Positions 23,014-38,008 of a stretch of 64,000 nt of DNA are shown here, in pieces. Every line of letters starts with the position of its first letter. Within the stretch, counting starts at the first letter, position 1. The notes under the pieces are model-generated. The model did not search any database. It saw nothing but the letters and a program-made list of their open reading frames with translations, and was not told the DNA's origin. The position numbers and the translations under genes were made by a program. Source of the DNA: Dipteris shenzhenensis (lineage: Eukaryota); assembly GCA_047967505.1 (NCBI GenBank), contig CM106538.1, one strand, 5' to 3'.

Positions 23014-26000
23014 TCATGGACATTCTTCATTTGCATTGTCTCCTTCTACTTCCTCCATGGCGAGCATCCTTAAACATTCGTGTATATGCAAAATAGTTTG
23101 CTGTGGTATTTTTATTTTTCCTTCTACCTCATATCCCATGCGCTTCTTTGATTTCTTTGCCCTTGAATGCCAAGACACTATGATTGTCTCCGTCGAAACT
23201 TGAGAGACCGCTTCATCATTTGGGACCCACTCCTTCATTATACAATTAGTATACAATGTGTTGTTATCCATATTCTCCTTGGTCATCTCTTTGCACATCA
23301 ACTACTTTTGCAACCCAAAACTTCACATTCTCATATTCATCATCCAATGGCCGAACCACAACAAAACAATCGACCTCTATATCTACTTGTGGCATAAACT
23401 CTCTCTTCTTCGGTCCACAATATGGACGTGGGAGTAATGATACAAATTCATTTTCAAAGACTGGAGCTGGGCGCAAATCGTTACGAACATTTGGCCAAAA
23501 CATATTGCATTCTTCCTTGACATCCTTTGAGCCTCACATTCTCTCAAGGTCCTTTATTAAATTTCGTGTCTTGTTAATTATAGTGGTAGTGTGTTCTCTC
23601 CAAGTAGGCTTCGAATCAGGATATCTCCGGAGCATTTCCTCTTTGTATGTAATAAATGCTTTTAATCCTTCTATTTCACAATTAGACCTCTCATTGGATT
23701 CTTGTATAGGAGCCCATGTTGGATACCTTTCCTTGCTGGGAATTGAAGTTAAGAGACTGTAAGGTTCTTCAGGTTCCCATTTTTATCATGAGAATACTGT
23801 TGCCATTGCATTACGGGTTTTTCATCTTTAAAAAAAAAACGAAAGTAGTGTGGATTGTTATAACCTGTCAATGCATCACCACCCGTTTGTATGAAAGGTA
23901 AAATGAAGCTCTTCCATTCATACATTCTTTCGAGCCTCTCACATAATGTACTTTCCTTACGACCACCAACTTGCCTGCCACATCTTCTTACCAAGTCATC
24001 TATTGTCTCCACATCCTTGCATTTAAGCTCCCTTGAGACTGTGCTAAAAACCTGATCGATATCCTCATGTGTATGCCCAATATACAAAAATCCACATTCG
24101 ACCTCATTGAAGATTCGATGAACAACTAGCATGGAGCAGAATGCAAACATGAGTACATTCTTATTTTCTCGCCAGCAATTATCAGCTTGTATTCTCAAAG
24201 TCGGTGGTAGGCGACCTTTTTCTGCATGTACATTGCGAATTGCCTTCATAATAGATGTTACAACTTGATTGCTATCATGTAGATGCAAGGAATCAATCCA
24301 TATATCTGCAAAGAACTTAATTCCATGCACTAACACTCCACATATATGTGTCTTTAGAAAGTGCTTTCCTTGTAATTTAGGTGGAGTGGCAACAAAACGA
24401 GGCAATGTTGTTGTATTCTGATCCATGCCATCTACAATAAGGCACATGTAGTCATCGGGATGCGAAATAGCTTGCTCCTTTCAAAATGCATATTTTTGTC
24501 TGGAATGTCGAATAAGGTCATGATGAGATTTTCGTTTTTTTTTGTGTAATTCCCTTTGATTTGGACATGTTGCACTCTCAATCGCTCGCTTTAAATCATC
24601 ACAGACATTGCACTTTGACATTTTTTGCCTCCTTGGGATTTTAACATATCCAAAGTTCTTCTTCCAAAGAGTATACAAAGTATGAGAAGAAGCTACGGCA
24701 TCCCCCCTTTGCCTTTGCTTTTCTGCAATAGAGTCAAATACTTCGAGCTTTGTCAAGCCCATTGGAAGGTGCATTTCAGTGATCGCGTCACCATTAGCGA
24801 GTTTGGTAGATATATGGGGTTGAGGTAAAGCATTTTCATGTATGAAGTCTTGCAAAATTGCTGCTGCCCTGGCAGTTGAGATTCTTGATTTGGACCTTCC
24901 TCTATTACCGTGAATGCTAAATTTGTTGCCACCCTTTGCCTTGGTGACTAAATCCCAATATGTACCATGGGATAATCCAGTAATATTGTGATATGCCTTA
25001 TTGCAAATCCTTTTTCCATTTACGAGAGGTTTTACCTTTTGTCTTGAACTTAGCCTTTTATTGCCATTCTGAAGAAAGCAAGAGAGACTTGTGAGAAGGT
25101 ATTCATTTCTTTCGCTTCCTCTTCTTTGCCACACATGTCCTCTACATTCCCTAATGTCTACAAGATCAATGAAGCGCGTACATCTTCGCTTGCAACATAG
25201 ATATCCCAATGCATTTAACATGTTCTCCTCCTTCATTACTCTCTTCCTCTTTCGTTGCTTTTGTGGATCTACCTGGATTCGCTTTCTCTTCATGCATATA
25301 TATGACCGTTTTCGTTCCTTGTGCATGTTGTTATCTGTATTTATGCACTTCTTCTCCTCACATTTGTTTGTAACCAAGCATCCATGATTGGCCGTTGCAT
25401 TCTTGTCCATATCACAATCAAAGTTAAATATTGAATAATCCTCTATTGATCTCATCCTCGTTTTTAACATACTCTTAGGACCATTCAATGAATTCAATAT
25501 TCTACAAGAGTATTGAGAACCTTGAAACTCTTCCACTCCTGAGAGAACATCGCTCATTGGGACATCTTGCATGGCTTTCACAAATCCACAAGCTTGATTG
25601 ACACCAGGTTTGTTAATATGCATGAACTCATCCACACTTGACAAGACATCGCTATTGAAACCTTTGCCCTTCTCACTGTGCAAGAATTCATCCACCCCAG
25701 ATAAGGCTTCACTTCTAAAATCATTTTGTTTCTCGGAACCAATGAACTCATCCACTCCATATAAGATGTCACTTCTATAATTGAGTATATCGAAATCATC
25801 CACATTTGAAGTGATAGAGCCTGGCACATGGGCATGCTTTTTAGGTCCTTTGATATTGTAGTATACCTTGTCTTTATCATTGAAAACCACGTGCCTCTTT
25901 CTCATGTTTAAAAATTGCATGCTCCATCTCATATTCTTGCCTACCTCATAGTAGGGATCACATAAGGATGTTATGTTATCAACCATACCATCATCAGTGA

Positions 26001-26462
26001 CTTTTAGAATCCTCATCTGTGCAAATGACCATTGCTCCACTTGTTCAAATCCCAATACTTCACCTTCTGCTACAGTCTTATTTGCAAATGACCTCATTTG
26101 TAAAATGTCCCCTATAGTAAAATCCAAGGTGGTGCACTTTGTATTCTTGATAATGTCTGTTGCATAAGTCTCATCTTTGTCCCACGCTATAAATGATTTG
26201 TTGGATGTATTGTAGGGCATAACATCTCCAAGTGTTTCCATATCTCCACATTTATACTTTAGCTCAACATGTGCGCTAAGAATCTTTGATACAGTAACTG
26301 CCACCTTATCTTCGCCAAGTCTTCGAAAGTGGCAAACTGAATTGGGATCACTATCATGGATTGTAGCAAATGCAACTATTTCTCTTTTGCTACATAAAAT
26401 CACATCCATCCCTGGAACAAAATCTATAGCCATCTCCTTTGTGAGAGTCCTTCGCAAGCAAG
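23014..26462 (-). pseudogene. Sola-like DDD transposase (~1150 aa) with N-terminal En/Spm Tnp1-like domains
   Basis: Catalytic motifs IVDGMDQ, IQADNCWRENKN and GHTHEDIDQVFS; Cys/His motif KCNVC..HH; the 658-aa and 232-aa ORFs are in one frame, separated by a TGA at 24481-24483; frameshift near 23780 and later stops; splice acceptor ..CTGCAG near 26463. Confidence 0.8.
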
Positions 26463-26554
26463 CTGCAGTAGCAACAATTACATAAATATTAGTCTCTTTT
26501 TAATAATCTACTCATTTATTATAATTTTTAATTAGTACTTAATTTATTGGTGGG

Positions 26555-29500
26555 AGAAGTTATCCGATCAAGTACTCATTAGATGGACATGCCAAGTTAT
26601 CCTTTGCATGGTCGATCGAGCATTAAATACTATTTTTGATCTAGTGTCATGCACATCCGTAAAAAAACACGAGCCTGCTAGGTATGTTATCCAATCAAGC
26701 ACTAATGGGATGCGTGTGCCACTTTGCATGTAAGCCAATTCTACCTAGTTGAAGGTGTGTGCAAAGTATTGTGCCCGTCGGATATGCTTTGCATTGTCAA
26801 TCAAGCATAAAACACTGTTTTTGCCTTAGTGTCATGCACAACCATGAAAAAACACGGTCCTAAGTGTGTTAATCAAACAAGTACTTATTGGATGGGGGCT
26901 CCACTTTTCACGCAAGTCCGCTTCAACTAGGTTGAGATGCGTGCAAAGTATTGTCACCATCGGATATGCTCTGCATGGTCGATTACACATTATACAACGT
27001 TCTTCCCGTAGTGATATGCACATCTGCAAAAAAACACGCCCTTAGGTATATTATGTAACCAAGTACTACTTATCGGATGGGTGTGCCTCTTTGACAAAAT
27101 TTCAATACCACCTAGGCTAAAGCGTAGGAAAAGTATTGTTCCCATCGGATATGCTTTGCATGGTCGATCGAGCATTAAATACTATTTTTGCTCGTGTCAT
27201 CCACATCCATTAAAAAAACACACTGCTAGGTGTGTGTGCAAATTATTGTGCCCATCGGATATGCTTTGCATTGTCGATCAAGCATAAAACAACGTTTTTG
27301 CCTTAGTGTCATGCACAACCATGAAAAAACACGGTCCTAAGTGTGTTAATCAAACAAGTACTTATCGGATGGGGGCTCCAATTTGCACGCAAGTCCGTTT
27401 CAACTAGGTTGAGATGCCTGCAAAGTATTGTCACCATCAGATATGATTTGCATGGTCGATCACACATTATATACCGTTTTTTCCCTAGTGGTATGCACAT
27501 CCATTAAAAAAAACGCCCTTACGTGTGTTATCTGACCAAGTACTTATCAGATGGGTGTGCCTCTTTGAGAACATTTCAATACCACCTAGGTTAAGGTGTA
27601 GGAAAAGTATTGTGCCCATCGGATATGCCTTCCATGGTCGATCGAGCATTAAATACCATTTTTGCCTTAGTGTCATGCACATCCGTAAAAAAACACGCTG
27701 CTAGGTGTGTTATCCGATCAAGTACTTATACGATGGGAATGTCACTTTGCATGTAAGTCAATTCCACCTGTTTGAAGGTGTGTGCAAAGTATTGTGCCCA
27801 TCGGATATGCTTTGCATTGTCGATCAAGCATAAAATACTGTTTTTGCCTTTGCGTCATGCACAACCATATAAAAACACGGCTGTAGCTGTGTTATTCAAA
27901 TAAGTACTTATCGGATGGGGGCTCCACTTTGCACGCAAGTCCGTTTCAACTATGTTGAGGTGCATGAAAAGTATTGTCACCATCGGATATGCTTTGCATG
28001 GTCGATCACGCATTATACACCATTTTTTCCCTAGTGATATGGACATCCACAAAAAAACACGCCATTAGGTGTGTTATCTGACCAAGTACTTATCAAATGG
28101 GTGTGCCTCATTGAGAACATCTCAATACCACCCGAGGTTGATGTGTATGAAAAGTTTTGTGCCCATCGGATATGATTTGCATGGTCAATCACGCATTATA
28201 CACCGTCTTTTCCCTAGTGGTATGCACATCCGAAAAAAACATGCCCTTAGGTATGTTATCTGACCAAGTACTTATCGGATGGGTGTGCATATTTGAGAAC
28301 ATTTCAATACCACCTAGGTTGAGGTGTACAAAAAGTATTTTGCCCATCGGTTATGCTTTGCATGGTCGATCGAGCACTAAATATTGTTTTTGCTCTAGTG
28401 TCATGCACATCCGTAAAAAAACATGCTTCTAGGTGTGTTATCCGATCAAGCACTTATGCGATGGGCGAGCCACTTTGCATGTAAATCAATTCCACCTAGT
28501 TGAAGGTGTGTGAAAAGTATTGTGCCCATCAGATATGCTTTGCATTGTCGATCAAGCATAAAACACCGTTTTTGCCTTAGTGTCATGCACAACCATATAA
28601 AACCACGGCCGTACGTGTGTTTTTCAACTAAGTACTTATCGGATGGGGGCTCCACTTTGCACGCAAGTCCGCTTCAACTATGTTGAGGCGCGTGCAAAGT
28701 ATTGCCACATCAGATATGCTTTACATGGTCGATCACACATTATACACCATTTTTTCCCTAGTGATATGGACATCCGCAAAAAAACACGCCATTAGGTGTG
28801 TTATCTGACCAAGGACTTATCGGATGGGTGTGCCTCATTGAGAAGATTTCAATACCACCTAGGTTGACGTGTACGAAAATTTTTGTGCCCATCGGATATC
28901 CTTTGCATGGTCGATCGAGCATTAATTACTATTTTTGCTCTAGTGTCATAAACATCCGTAAAAAAACACGCTGCTAGGTATGTTATCCGATCAAGCACTT
29001 ATGGGATGGGCGTGCCACTTTTCCTGTAAGTGAATTTTACCTAGTTAAAGGTGTGTCCAAAGTATTGTGCCCATCGGACATGCTTTGCATTGTCGATCAA
29101 GCATAAAACACCATTTTTGCCTTAGTGTCATGCACAACCATGAAAAAACGCAGTCCTAGGTGTGTTATTCAAACTAGTACTTATCAGATGGGGGCTCCAC
29201 TTTGCAGGAAAGTCCGTAACTATGTTGAAGGGTGTGCAAAGTATTGTCACCATCGGATATGCTTTGCATGGTGGATCACACATTTTACACCATTTTTTCC
29301 CTAGTAATATGCACATCCGCAAAAAAACACGCCCTTAGGTGTGTTATCTGACCAAGTACTTATCGGATGGGTGTGCCTCTTTGAGAACATTTCAATACCA
29401 CCTAGGTTGAGGTATACGAAAAGTATTGTACCCATCGAATATCCTTTGCATGGTCGATCGAGCATTAAATACTATTTTTGCTCTAGTGTCATGCACATCT

Positions 29501-32500
29501 GTAAAAAAATATGCTGCTAGGTATGTTATCCGATCAAGCACTTATGGGATCAGCGTGCCACTTTGCATTAAGTCGATTCCACCTAGTTGAAGGTGTGTAC
29601 AAAGTGTTGTGCCCATCGGATATGTTTTGCATTGTTGATCAAGCATAAAACACCGTTTTTGCCTTAGTGTCATGCACAACCATGAAAAAACACGGTCCTA
29701 GGTGTGTTATTCAAACTAGTACTTATCGGATGGGGGCTCCACTTTGCACGCAAGTCCGTTTCAACTACATTGAGGTGGGTGAAAAGTATTGCCACCATCG
29801 AATATGCTTTGCACGGTCGATCACGCATTATACACCATTTTTTCCCTAGTGATATGGACATCCACAAAAAAACACGCCATTAGGTGTGTTATCTGACCAA
29901 GTACTTATCGGATGGGTGTGCCTCTTTGAGAAAATTTCAATACCACCTAGGTTGTGGTGTACGAAACATGTTGTGCCCATCGGATATCCTTTGCATGGTC
30001 GATCAAGCATTAAATACTATTTTTGCTCTAGTGTCATGCACATCCGTAAAAAAACACGCTGCTAGGTATGTTATCCAATCAAGCACTTATGGGATGGGCA
30101 TGCCACTTTGCATGTAAGTCAATTCCATCTAGTTGAAGTTGTGTGCAAAGTATTGTGCCCATTGGATATGCTTTGCATTGTCGATCAAGCATAAAACACC
30201 GTTTTTGCCTTAGTGTCATGCATAACCATGAAAAAACACGGTCCTAGGTGTGTTATTCAAACAAGTACTTATTGGATGGGGACTCCACTTTGCACGCAAG
30301 TCTGTTTCAACTACGTTGAGGTGCGTGCAAAGTATTGTCACCATCGGATATGCTTTGCATGGTCGATCACGCATTATACACCATTTTATCTCGAGTGATA
30401 TGCACATCCGTAAAAAAACACGCCCTTAGGTGTGTTATCTGACCAAGTACTTATCGGATGGGTGTGCCTCTTTGAGAACATTTCAATACCACCTAGGTTG
30501 AGGCGTACCAAAAGGTTTGTGCCCATCGGATATCCTTTGCATGGTCGATCGAGCATTAAATACTATTTTTGCTCTAGTGTCATGCACATCCGTAAAAAAA
30601 CACGCTGCTAGGTATGTTATCCGATCAAGCACTTATGGGATGGGCGTGCCACTTTGCATGTAAGTCGATTCCACCTAGTTGAAGGTGTGTGCGGTGTATT
30701 GTGCCCACCAGATATGGTTTGCATTGTCGATCAAGCATAAAACACCGTTTTTTGCCTTAGTGTCATGCACAACCATGAAAAAACACGGTCCTAGGTGTGT
30801 TATTCAAACAAGTACTTATCGAATGGGGGCTCCACTTTGTATGCAAGTCCATTTAAACTAATTTGAGGTGTGTGAAAAGTATTGTCACCATCAGATATGA
30901 TTTGCATGGTCGATCACGCATTATACACCGTTTTTTCCATAGTGGTATGCACATCCACAAAAAAACACACCCTTAGGTATGTTATCTGACCAAGTACTTA
31001 TCGGATGGGTGTGCCTCTTTGAGAACATTTCAATACCACCTAGTTTGAGGTATAGGAAAAGTATTGTGCCCATCGGATATGCTTTGCATGGTCGATTGAC
31101 CATTAAATACCATTTTTGCCTTAGTGTCATGCACATCCGTAAAAAAACACGCTGCTAGGTGTGTTATCCGATCAAGCACTTATGCGATGGGAATGCCACT
31201 TTGCATGTAAGTCAATTTCACCTAGTTGAAGGTGTGTGAAAAGTATCGTGCCCATCAGATATGCTTTGCATTGTCGATCAAGCATAAAATACCGTTTTTG
31301 CCTTAGTTTCATGCACAACCATGAAAAAACACGGTCCTAAGTGTGTTTATTAAACAAGTACTTATCGGATGGGGGCTCCACTTTGCACACAAGTCCGTTT
31401 CAACTAGGTTGAGGTGTGAGCAAGGTATTTTCACCCATGGATATGCTTTGCATGGTCGATCACGCATTGTACACCATTTTTTCCCTAGTGATATGGACAT
31501 CCGGAAAAAAACACGCCCTTAAGTGTGTTATCTGACCAAGTACTTATCGGATGGGTCTGAATCTTTGAGAACATTTCAATACCACATAGGTCGAGGCGTA
31601 CGAAAAGTTTTGTGCCCATCAGATATCCTTTGCATGGTCCATCGAGCATTAAATACTATTTTTATAGATGGGCATGCCACTTTGCATGTAAGTCGATTCC
31701 ATCTAGTTGAAGTTGTGTGCAAAGTATTATGCCCATTGGATATGCTTTGCATTGTCGATCAAGCATAAAACACCGTTTTTGCCTTAGTGTCATGCATAAC
31801 CATGAAAAAACACGGTCCTAGGTGTGTTATTCAAACAAGTACTTATTGGATGGGGGCTCCACTTTGCACGCAAGTCTGTTTCAACTATGTTGAGGTGCGT
31901 GCAAAGTATTGTCACCATCAGATATGCTTTGCATGGTCGATCACGCATTATACACCATTTTTTCTCGAGTGATATGCACATCCGTAAAAAAACACGCCCT
32001 TAGGTGTGTTATCTGACCAAGTACTTATCGGATGGGTGTGCCTCTTTGAGAACATTTCAATACCACCTAGGTTGAGGTGTACAAAAAGTTTTGTGCCCAT
32101 CGGATATCCTTCGCATGGTCGATCGAGCATTAAATACTATTTTTGCTCTAGTGTCATGCACATCTGTAAAAAAACACGCTGCTAGGTATGTTATCCGATC
32201 AAGCACTTATGGGATGGGCGTGCCACTTTGCATGTAAGTCGATTCCACCTAGTTGAAGGTGTGTGCAAAGTATTATGCCCATCAGATATGCTTTGCATTG
32301 TCGATCAAGCATAAAACACTGTTTTTGCCTTGATGTCATGCACAACCATGAAAAAACACGGTCCTAGGTGTGTTATTCAAACAAGTACTTATCGGATGGG
32401 GGATCCACTTTTCACGCAAGTCCGTTTCAACTACGTTGAGGTGTGTGCAAAGTATTGTCACCATCGGATATGATTTGCATGGTTGATCACGCATTATACA

Positions 32501-35500
32501 CCGTTTTTTCCCTAGTGGTATGCCCATCCGCAAAAAAACACACCCTTAGGTATGTTCTCTGACCAAGTACTTATCGGATGGGTGTGCCTATTTGAGAACA
32601 TTTCAATACCACCTAGGTTGAGGTGTACAAAAAGTTTTGTGCCCATCTGGATATCCTTCGCATGGTCGACTGAGCATTAAATACTATTTTTGCTCTAGTG
32701 TCATGCACATCCGTAAAAAAAGACGCTGCTAGGTATGTTATCCCATCAAGCACTTATGGGATGGGAGTGCCACTTTGCATGTAAGTCGATTCCACCTAGT
32801 TGAAGGTGTGTGCAAAGTATTATGCCCATCGGATATGCTTTGCATTGTCGATCAAGCATAAAACACCGTTTTTGCCTTAGTGTCATGCACAACCATGAAA
32901 AAACACGGTCCTAGGTGTGTTATTCAAACAAGTACTTATTGGATGGGGGCTCCACTTTGCATGCAAGTCCATTTCAACTACTTTGAGGTGTGTGAAAAGT
33001 ATTGTCACCATCAGATATGATTTGCATGGTCGATCACGCATTATACACCGTTTTTCCCTAGTGGTATGCACATCCGCAAAAAAACACGCCCTTAGGTGTG
33101 TTATCTGACCAAGTACTTATCGGATGGGTGTGCCTCTTTGAGAACATTTCAATACCACCTAGGTTGACGTGTACAAAAAGTTTTGTGCCCATCGGATATC
33201 CTTCGCATGGTCGACTGAGCATTAAATACTATTTTTGCTCTAGTGTCATGCACATCCGTAAAAAAACACGCTGCTAGGTATGTTATCCGATCAAGCACTT
33301 ATGGGATGGGCGTGCCACTTTGCATGTAAGTCGATTCGACCTATTTGAAGGTGTGTTCAAAGTATTATGCCCATCGGATATGCTTTGCATTGTCGATTAA
33401 GCATAAAACACCGTTTTTGCCTTAGTGTCATGCACAACCATGAAAAAACACGGTCCTAGGTGTGTTATTCAAACAAGTACTTATCGGATGGGGGCGCCAC
33501 TTTTCACGCAAGTCCGTTTCAACTAAGTTGAGGTGTGTGCAAAGTATTGTCACCATGAGATATGATTTGCGTGGTCGATCATGCATTATACACCGTTTTT
33601 TCCCTAGTGGTATGCACATCCGCAAAAAAACACACCCTTAGGTATGTTATCTGACCAAGTACTTATCGGATGGGTGTGCCTCTTTGAGAACATTTCAATA
33701 CCACCTAGGTTGAGGTATAGGAAAAGTATTGTGCACATCGGATATGCTTTGCATGGTCGATCGACCATTAAATACCATTTTTGCCTTAGTGTCATGCACA
33801 TCCATAAAAAAACACGCTGCTAGGTGTGTTATCCGATCAAGCACTTATGTGATGGGAATTCCACTTTGCATGTAAGTCAACTTCACCTAGTTGAAGGTGT
33901 GTGAAAAGTATCGTGCCCATCAGAAATGCTTTGCATTGTCGATCAAGCATAAAATACTGTTTTTGCCTTAGTTTTATGCACAACCATGAAAAAACACGGT
34001 CCTAAGTGTGTTTATTAAACAAGTACTTATCGGATGGGGGCTCCACTTTGCACACAAGTCCGTTTCAACTAGGTTGAGGTGTGAGCAAGGTATTTTCACC
34101 CATGGATATGCTTTGCATGGTTGATCACGCATTGTACATCATTTTTTCCCTAGTGATATGGACATCTGGAAAAAAACACGCCCTTAGGTGTGTTATCTGA
34201 CCAAGTACTTATCGGATGGGTGTGAATCTTTGAGAACATTTCAATACCACATAGGTTGAGGTGACGAAAAGTTCTGTGCCCATCGGATATCCTTTGCATG
34301 GTCGATCGAGCATTAAATACTATTTTTGCTCTAGTGTCATGCACATCCGTAAAAAAACACGCTGCTAGGTATGTTATCCCATCAAGCACTTATGGGATGG
34401 ACGTGCCACTTTGCATGTAAGATGATTCCACCTATTTGAAGGTGTGTGCAAAGTATTAAGCCCATCGGAGATGGTTTGCATTGTCGATCAAGCATAAAAC
34501 ACCGTTTTTGCCTTAGTGTCATGCACAACCATGAAAAAACACGGTCCTAGGTGTGTTATTCAAACAAGTACTTATCGGATGGGGGATCCACTTTGCATGC
34601 AAGTCTGTTTCAACTACGTTGAGGTGTGTGCAAAGTATTGTCACCATCAGATATGATTTGCATGGTCGATCATGCATTATACACGGTTTCTTCCCTAGTG
34701 GTGTGCACATCCGCAAAAAAACACGCCCTTAGGTGTGTTATCTGACCAAGTACTTATCGGATGGGTGTGCCTCTTTGAGAAAATTTCAATACCACCTAGG
34801 TTGAGGTGTACAAAAAGTGTTCTGCCCATTGGATATCCTTTGCATCGTCGATCGAGCATTAAATACTATTTTTTCTATAGTGTCATGCACATCCGTAAAA
34901 AAACACGTTGCTAGGTATGTTATCCGATCAAGCACTTATGGGATGGACATGCCACTTTTCATGTAAGTCAATTCCACCTATTTAAAGGTGTGTGCAAAGT
35001 ATTGTGCCCATCGGATATGCTTTGCATTATCGATCAAGCATAAAAGACCGTTTTTGCCTTAGTGTCATGCACAACCATGAAAAAACACGGTCCTAGGTGT
35101 GTCATTCAAACTAGTACTTATCGGATGGGGGCTCCACTTTGCACGCAAGTCCGTTTCAACTACGTTGAAGGGTGTGCAAAGTATTGTCACCATCGGATAT
35201 GCTTTGTATGGTCGATCACACATTATACACCATTTTTCCGCTAGTGATATGCCCATCCGCAAAAAAACACGCCATTAGGTGTGTTATCTGACCAAGTACT
35301 TATCGGATGGGTGTGCCTCTTTGAGAAAATTTCAATACCACCTAGGTTGAGGTGTACGAAAAGTGTTGTGCCCATCGGATATCCTTTGCATGGTTGATCG
35401 AGCATTAAATACTATTTTTGCTCTAGTGTCATGCACATCTGTAAAAAAACACGCTGCTAGGTATGTTATCCGATCAAGCACTTATGGGATGGGCATGCCA

Positions 35501-37110
35501 CTTTGCATGTAAGTCAATTCCACCTAGTTGAAGGTGTGTGCAAAGTATTGTGCCCATCAGATATGCTTTGCATTGTTGATCAAGCATAAAACACCGTTTT
35601 TGCCTTAGTGTCATGCACAACCATGAAAAAACATGGTCCTAGGTGTGTTATTCAAACTAGTACTTATCGGATGGGGGCTCTCATTCATTATACACCATTT
35701 TTTCCCTAATGATATGCACATCCGCAAAAAAACATGCCATTACGTGTGTTATCTGACCAAGTACTTATCGGATGGGTGTGCCTCGTTGAGAGCATTTCAA
35801 TACCACCTAGGTTGAGGTGTACGAAAATTGTTGTGCCTATCGGATATCCTTTGCATGATCGATCGAGCATTAAATACTATTTTTGCTTTAGTGTCATGCA
35901 CATCCGTAAAAAAACACGCTGCTAGGTGTGTTATCCAATCAAGCACTTATGGGATGGGCATGCCACTTTGCATGTAAGTCAATTCCACCTAGGTGAAGGT
36001 GTGTGCAAAGTATTGTGCCCATCGGATATGCTTTGCATTGTCGATCCAGCCTAAAACACCGTTTTTGCCTTAGTGTCGTGCACAACCATGAAAAAACACG
36101 ATCCTAAGTGTGTTATTCAAACAACTACTTATCCGATGGGGGATCCACTTTGCACGAAAGTACGTTTCAACTAAGTTGAGGTGTGTGCAAAGTATTGTCA
36201 CCATCGGATATGATTTACATGGTCGATCACGCATTATACACCATTTTTGGCCTTGGTGTCATGTACAACCGTCAAAAAACATGGCCGTAGGTGTGTTATT
36301 CAAATAAGTACTTATCGGATGGGGGCACTTTGCACACAAGTCTGTTTCAACTATGTTGAGGTGGGTGCAAAGTATTGCCACCGTCGGATATGCTTTGCAT
36401 GGTCGATCACACATTATACACCATTTTTTCCCTAGTGATATGGACATCCAGAAAAAAACAAGCCATTAGGTGTGTTATCTGACCAAGTAGTTATCGGATG
36501 GTTGTGCCTCTTTGAGAACATTTCAATACCACCTAGGTTGTGGTGTACGAAAAGTGTTGTGCCCTGCGGATATCCTTTGCATGGTCGATCAAGCATTAAA
36601 TACTATTTTTGCTCTAGTGTCATGCACATCCGGAAAAAAACACGCTGCTAGGTATGTTATCCGATCAAGCACTTATGGGATGGGCTTGCCACTTTGCATG
36701 TAAGTCGATTCCACCTAGTTGAAGGTGTGTGCAAAGTATTGTGCCCATCGGATATGCTTTGCATTGTCGAACAAGCATTAAACACTGTTTTGGCCTTAGT
36801 GTCATGCACAATCGTCAAAAAACGCGGTCCTAGATGTGTTATTCGACTAAGTACTTATGGGATGGGCATGCCACTTTGAATGTAAGTCAATAATACCTAG
36901 GTTGAGATGTGTGCAAAGTAGTGTGATGATCGCATATGCGTTGCATTGTCGATTGAGCATAAATCAGCGTTTTTGCCTGTGTGTCATGGACAACAACCAA
37001 TAAAAAACATGGTCCTAGGTGTGAGATTCTAAAAAGTACTTATTGAATGGGCGTTCCACTTTGCATGGAATAACATACCAATGCTTTTGAGGCACGTGCA
37101 AAGTATTGTG
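26555..37110. repeat. Satellite array: 182-bp monomers in a 546-bp three-monomer higher-order repeat
   Basis: Homologous positions recur at 29670/30216, 31790/32336/32883/33428 and 34519/35065; three monomer subtypes share ATCGGATATGCTTTGCATGGTCGATC. Confidence 0.97.
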
Positions 37111-38008
37111 TGTTGAGATATCGAGCTCCACTCGAGATATGCCAGGGTGACCGTTGTGTACTTATGTCACCGACTTGTTAGCTGGAGATGCGGTTGGTAC
37201 ACCGCCCACGAATAATAGCTGGATGACAGCTATGCTTATCTACTCTAGTTTGTGGCTCAGTTAGTATGCCACCTTAGTTAGTTGAGTTTGGTTTGAGACC
37301 CACATATAGGATTCTTCTATTTCTTTGTACTAGAGTTCTTTTGGCTTTCACAACTAAGAAGAGGAAAATTGTTTTCAGCCTCCACCTTTGTGTGTATTCC
37401 CCCATTTGTGATTATGAGAAAGCCACAAGTGAGACTCCTTCCCTCTCTCCCACTATCTTCACATGGTATCAGAGCCTTGTTCGTGGTAAGGAGCTCAAGA
37501 AAGCAAGCCAAGTTCGTGGTGTCCTGGTAAGAGGACCAGTGTTGCTTTCCTATTTCGAGTTTGGGAGCAAATCTCTGCAGGTAGCACAGCCAGAAGTGCA
37601 GGAGTGCACTGTTTCAGATTGAGACGCCCTTCGCGGTGTGGCAAGAGTGCAGTATATGCTGTGGGCGAGGGCGAAGCCCTTAGTGACTTTATTTTTCTGA
37701 TTCGAGGCCGTTTCAGGGCCCGTTTTTAAGGCGGAAGTTCTTCGCAGGCACTTAGAAAAAGGCCCTGTTTTTTGCTGTGCGACCACTGCGCGGCTAGTGG
37801 GTGGAAAGGTGCCGCAGAAATTGCATCATATGCCTGTGTGCAGAGATATTGGGAGTTGCTGATTCATGCCTATTGCCTGTTGATGCAAAATCATCACTAG
37901 GAAGTGACTGTGTGGTGAAATACCACTCTCGTCGGTTTTGCAGATCTGCCCGTGTGAGGCAAAAGCTGTGTTTTTTTGCAGTGACAAAATATTTTGCAGT
38001 GTTCTGTA

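Noticed and set aside
26555-37110. CRISPR-like array or tandem small genes
   Set aside because: No unique spacers and no cas genes; whole monomers repeat, and the 60-90-aa ORFs are by-products of the satellite
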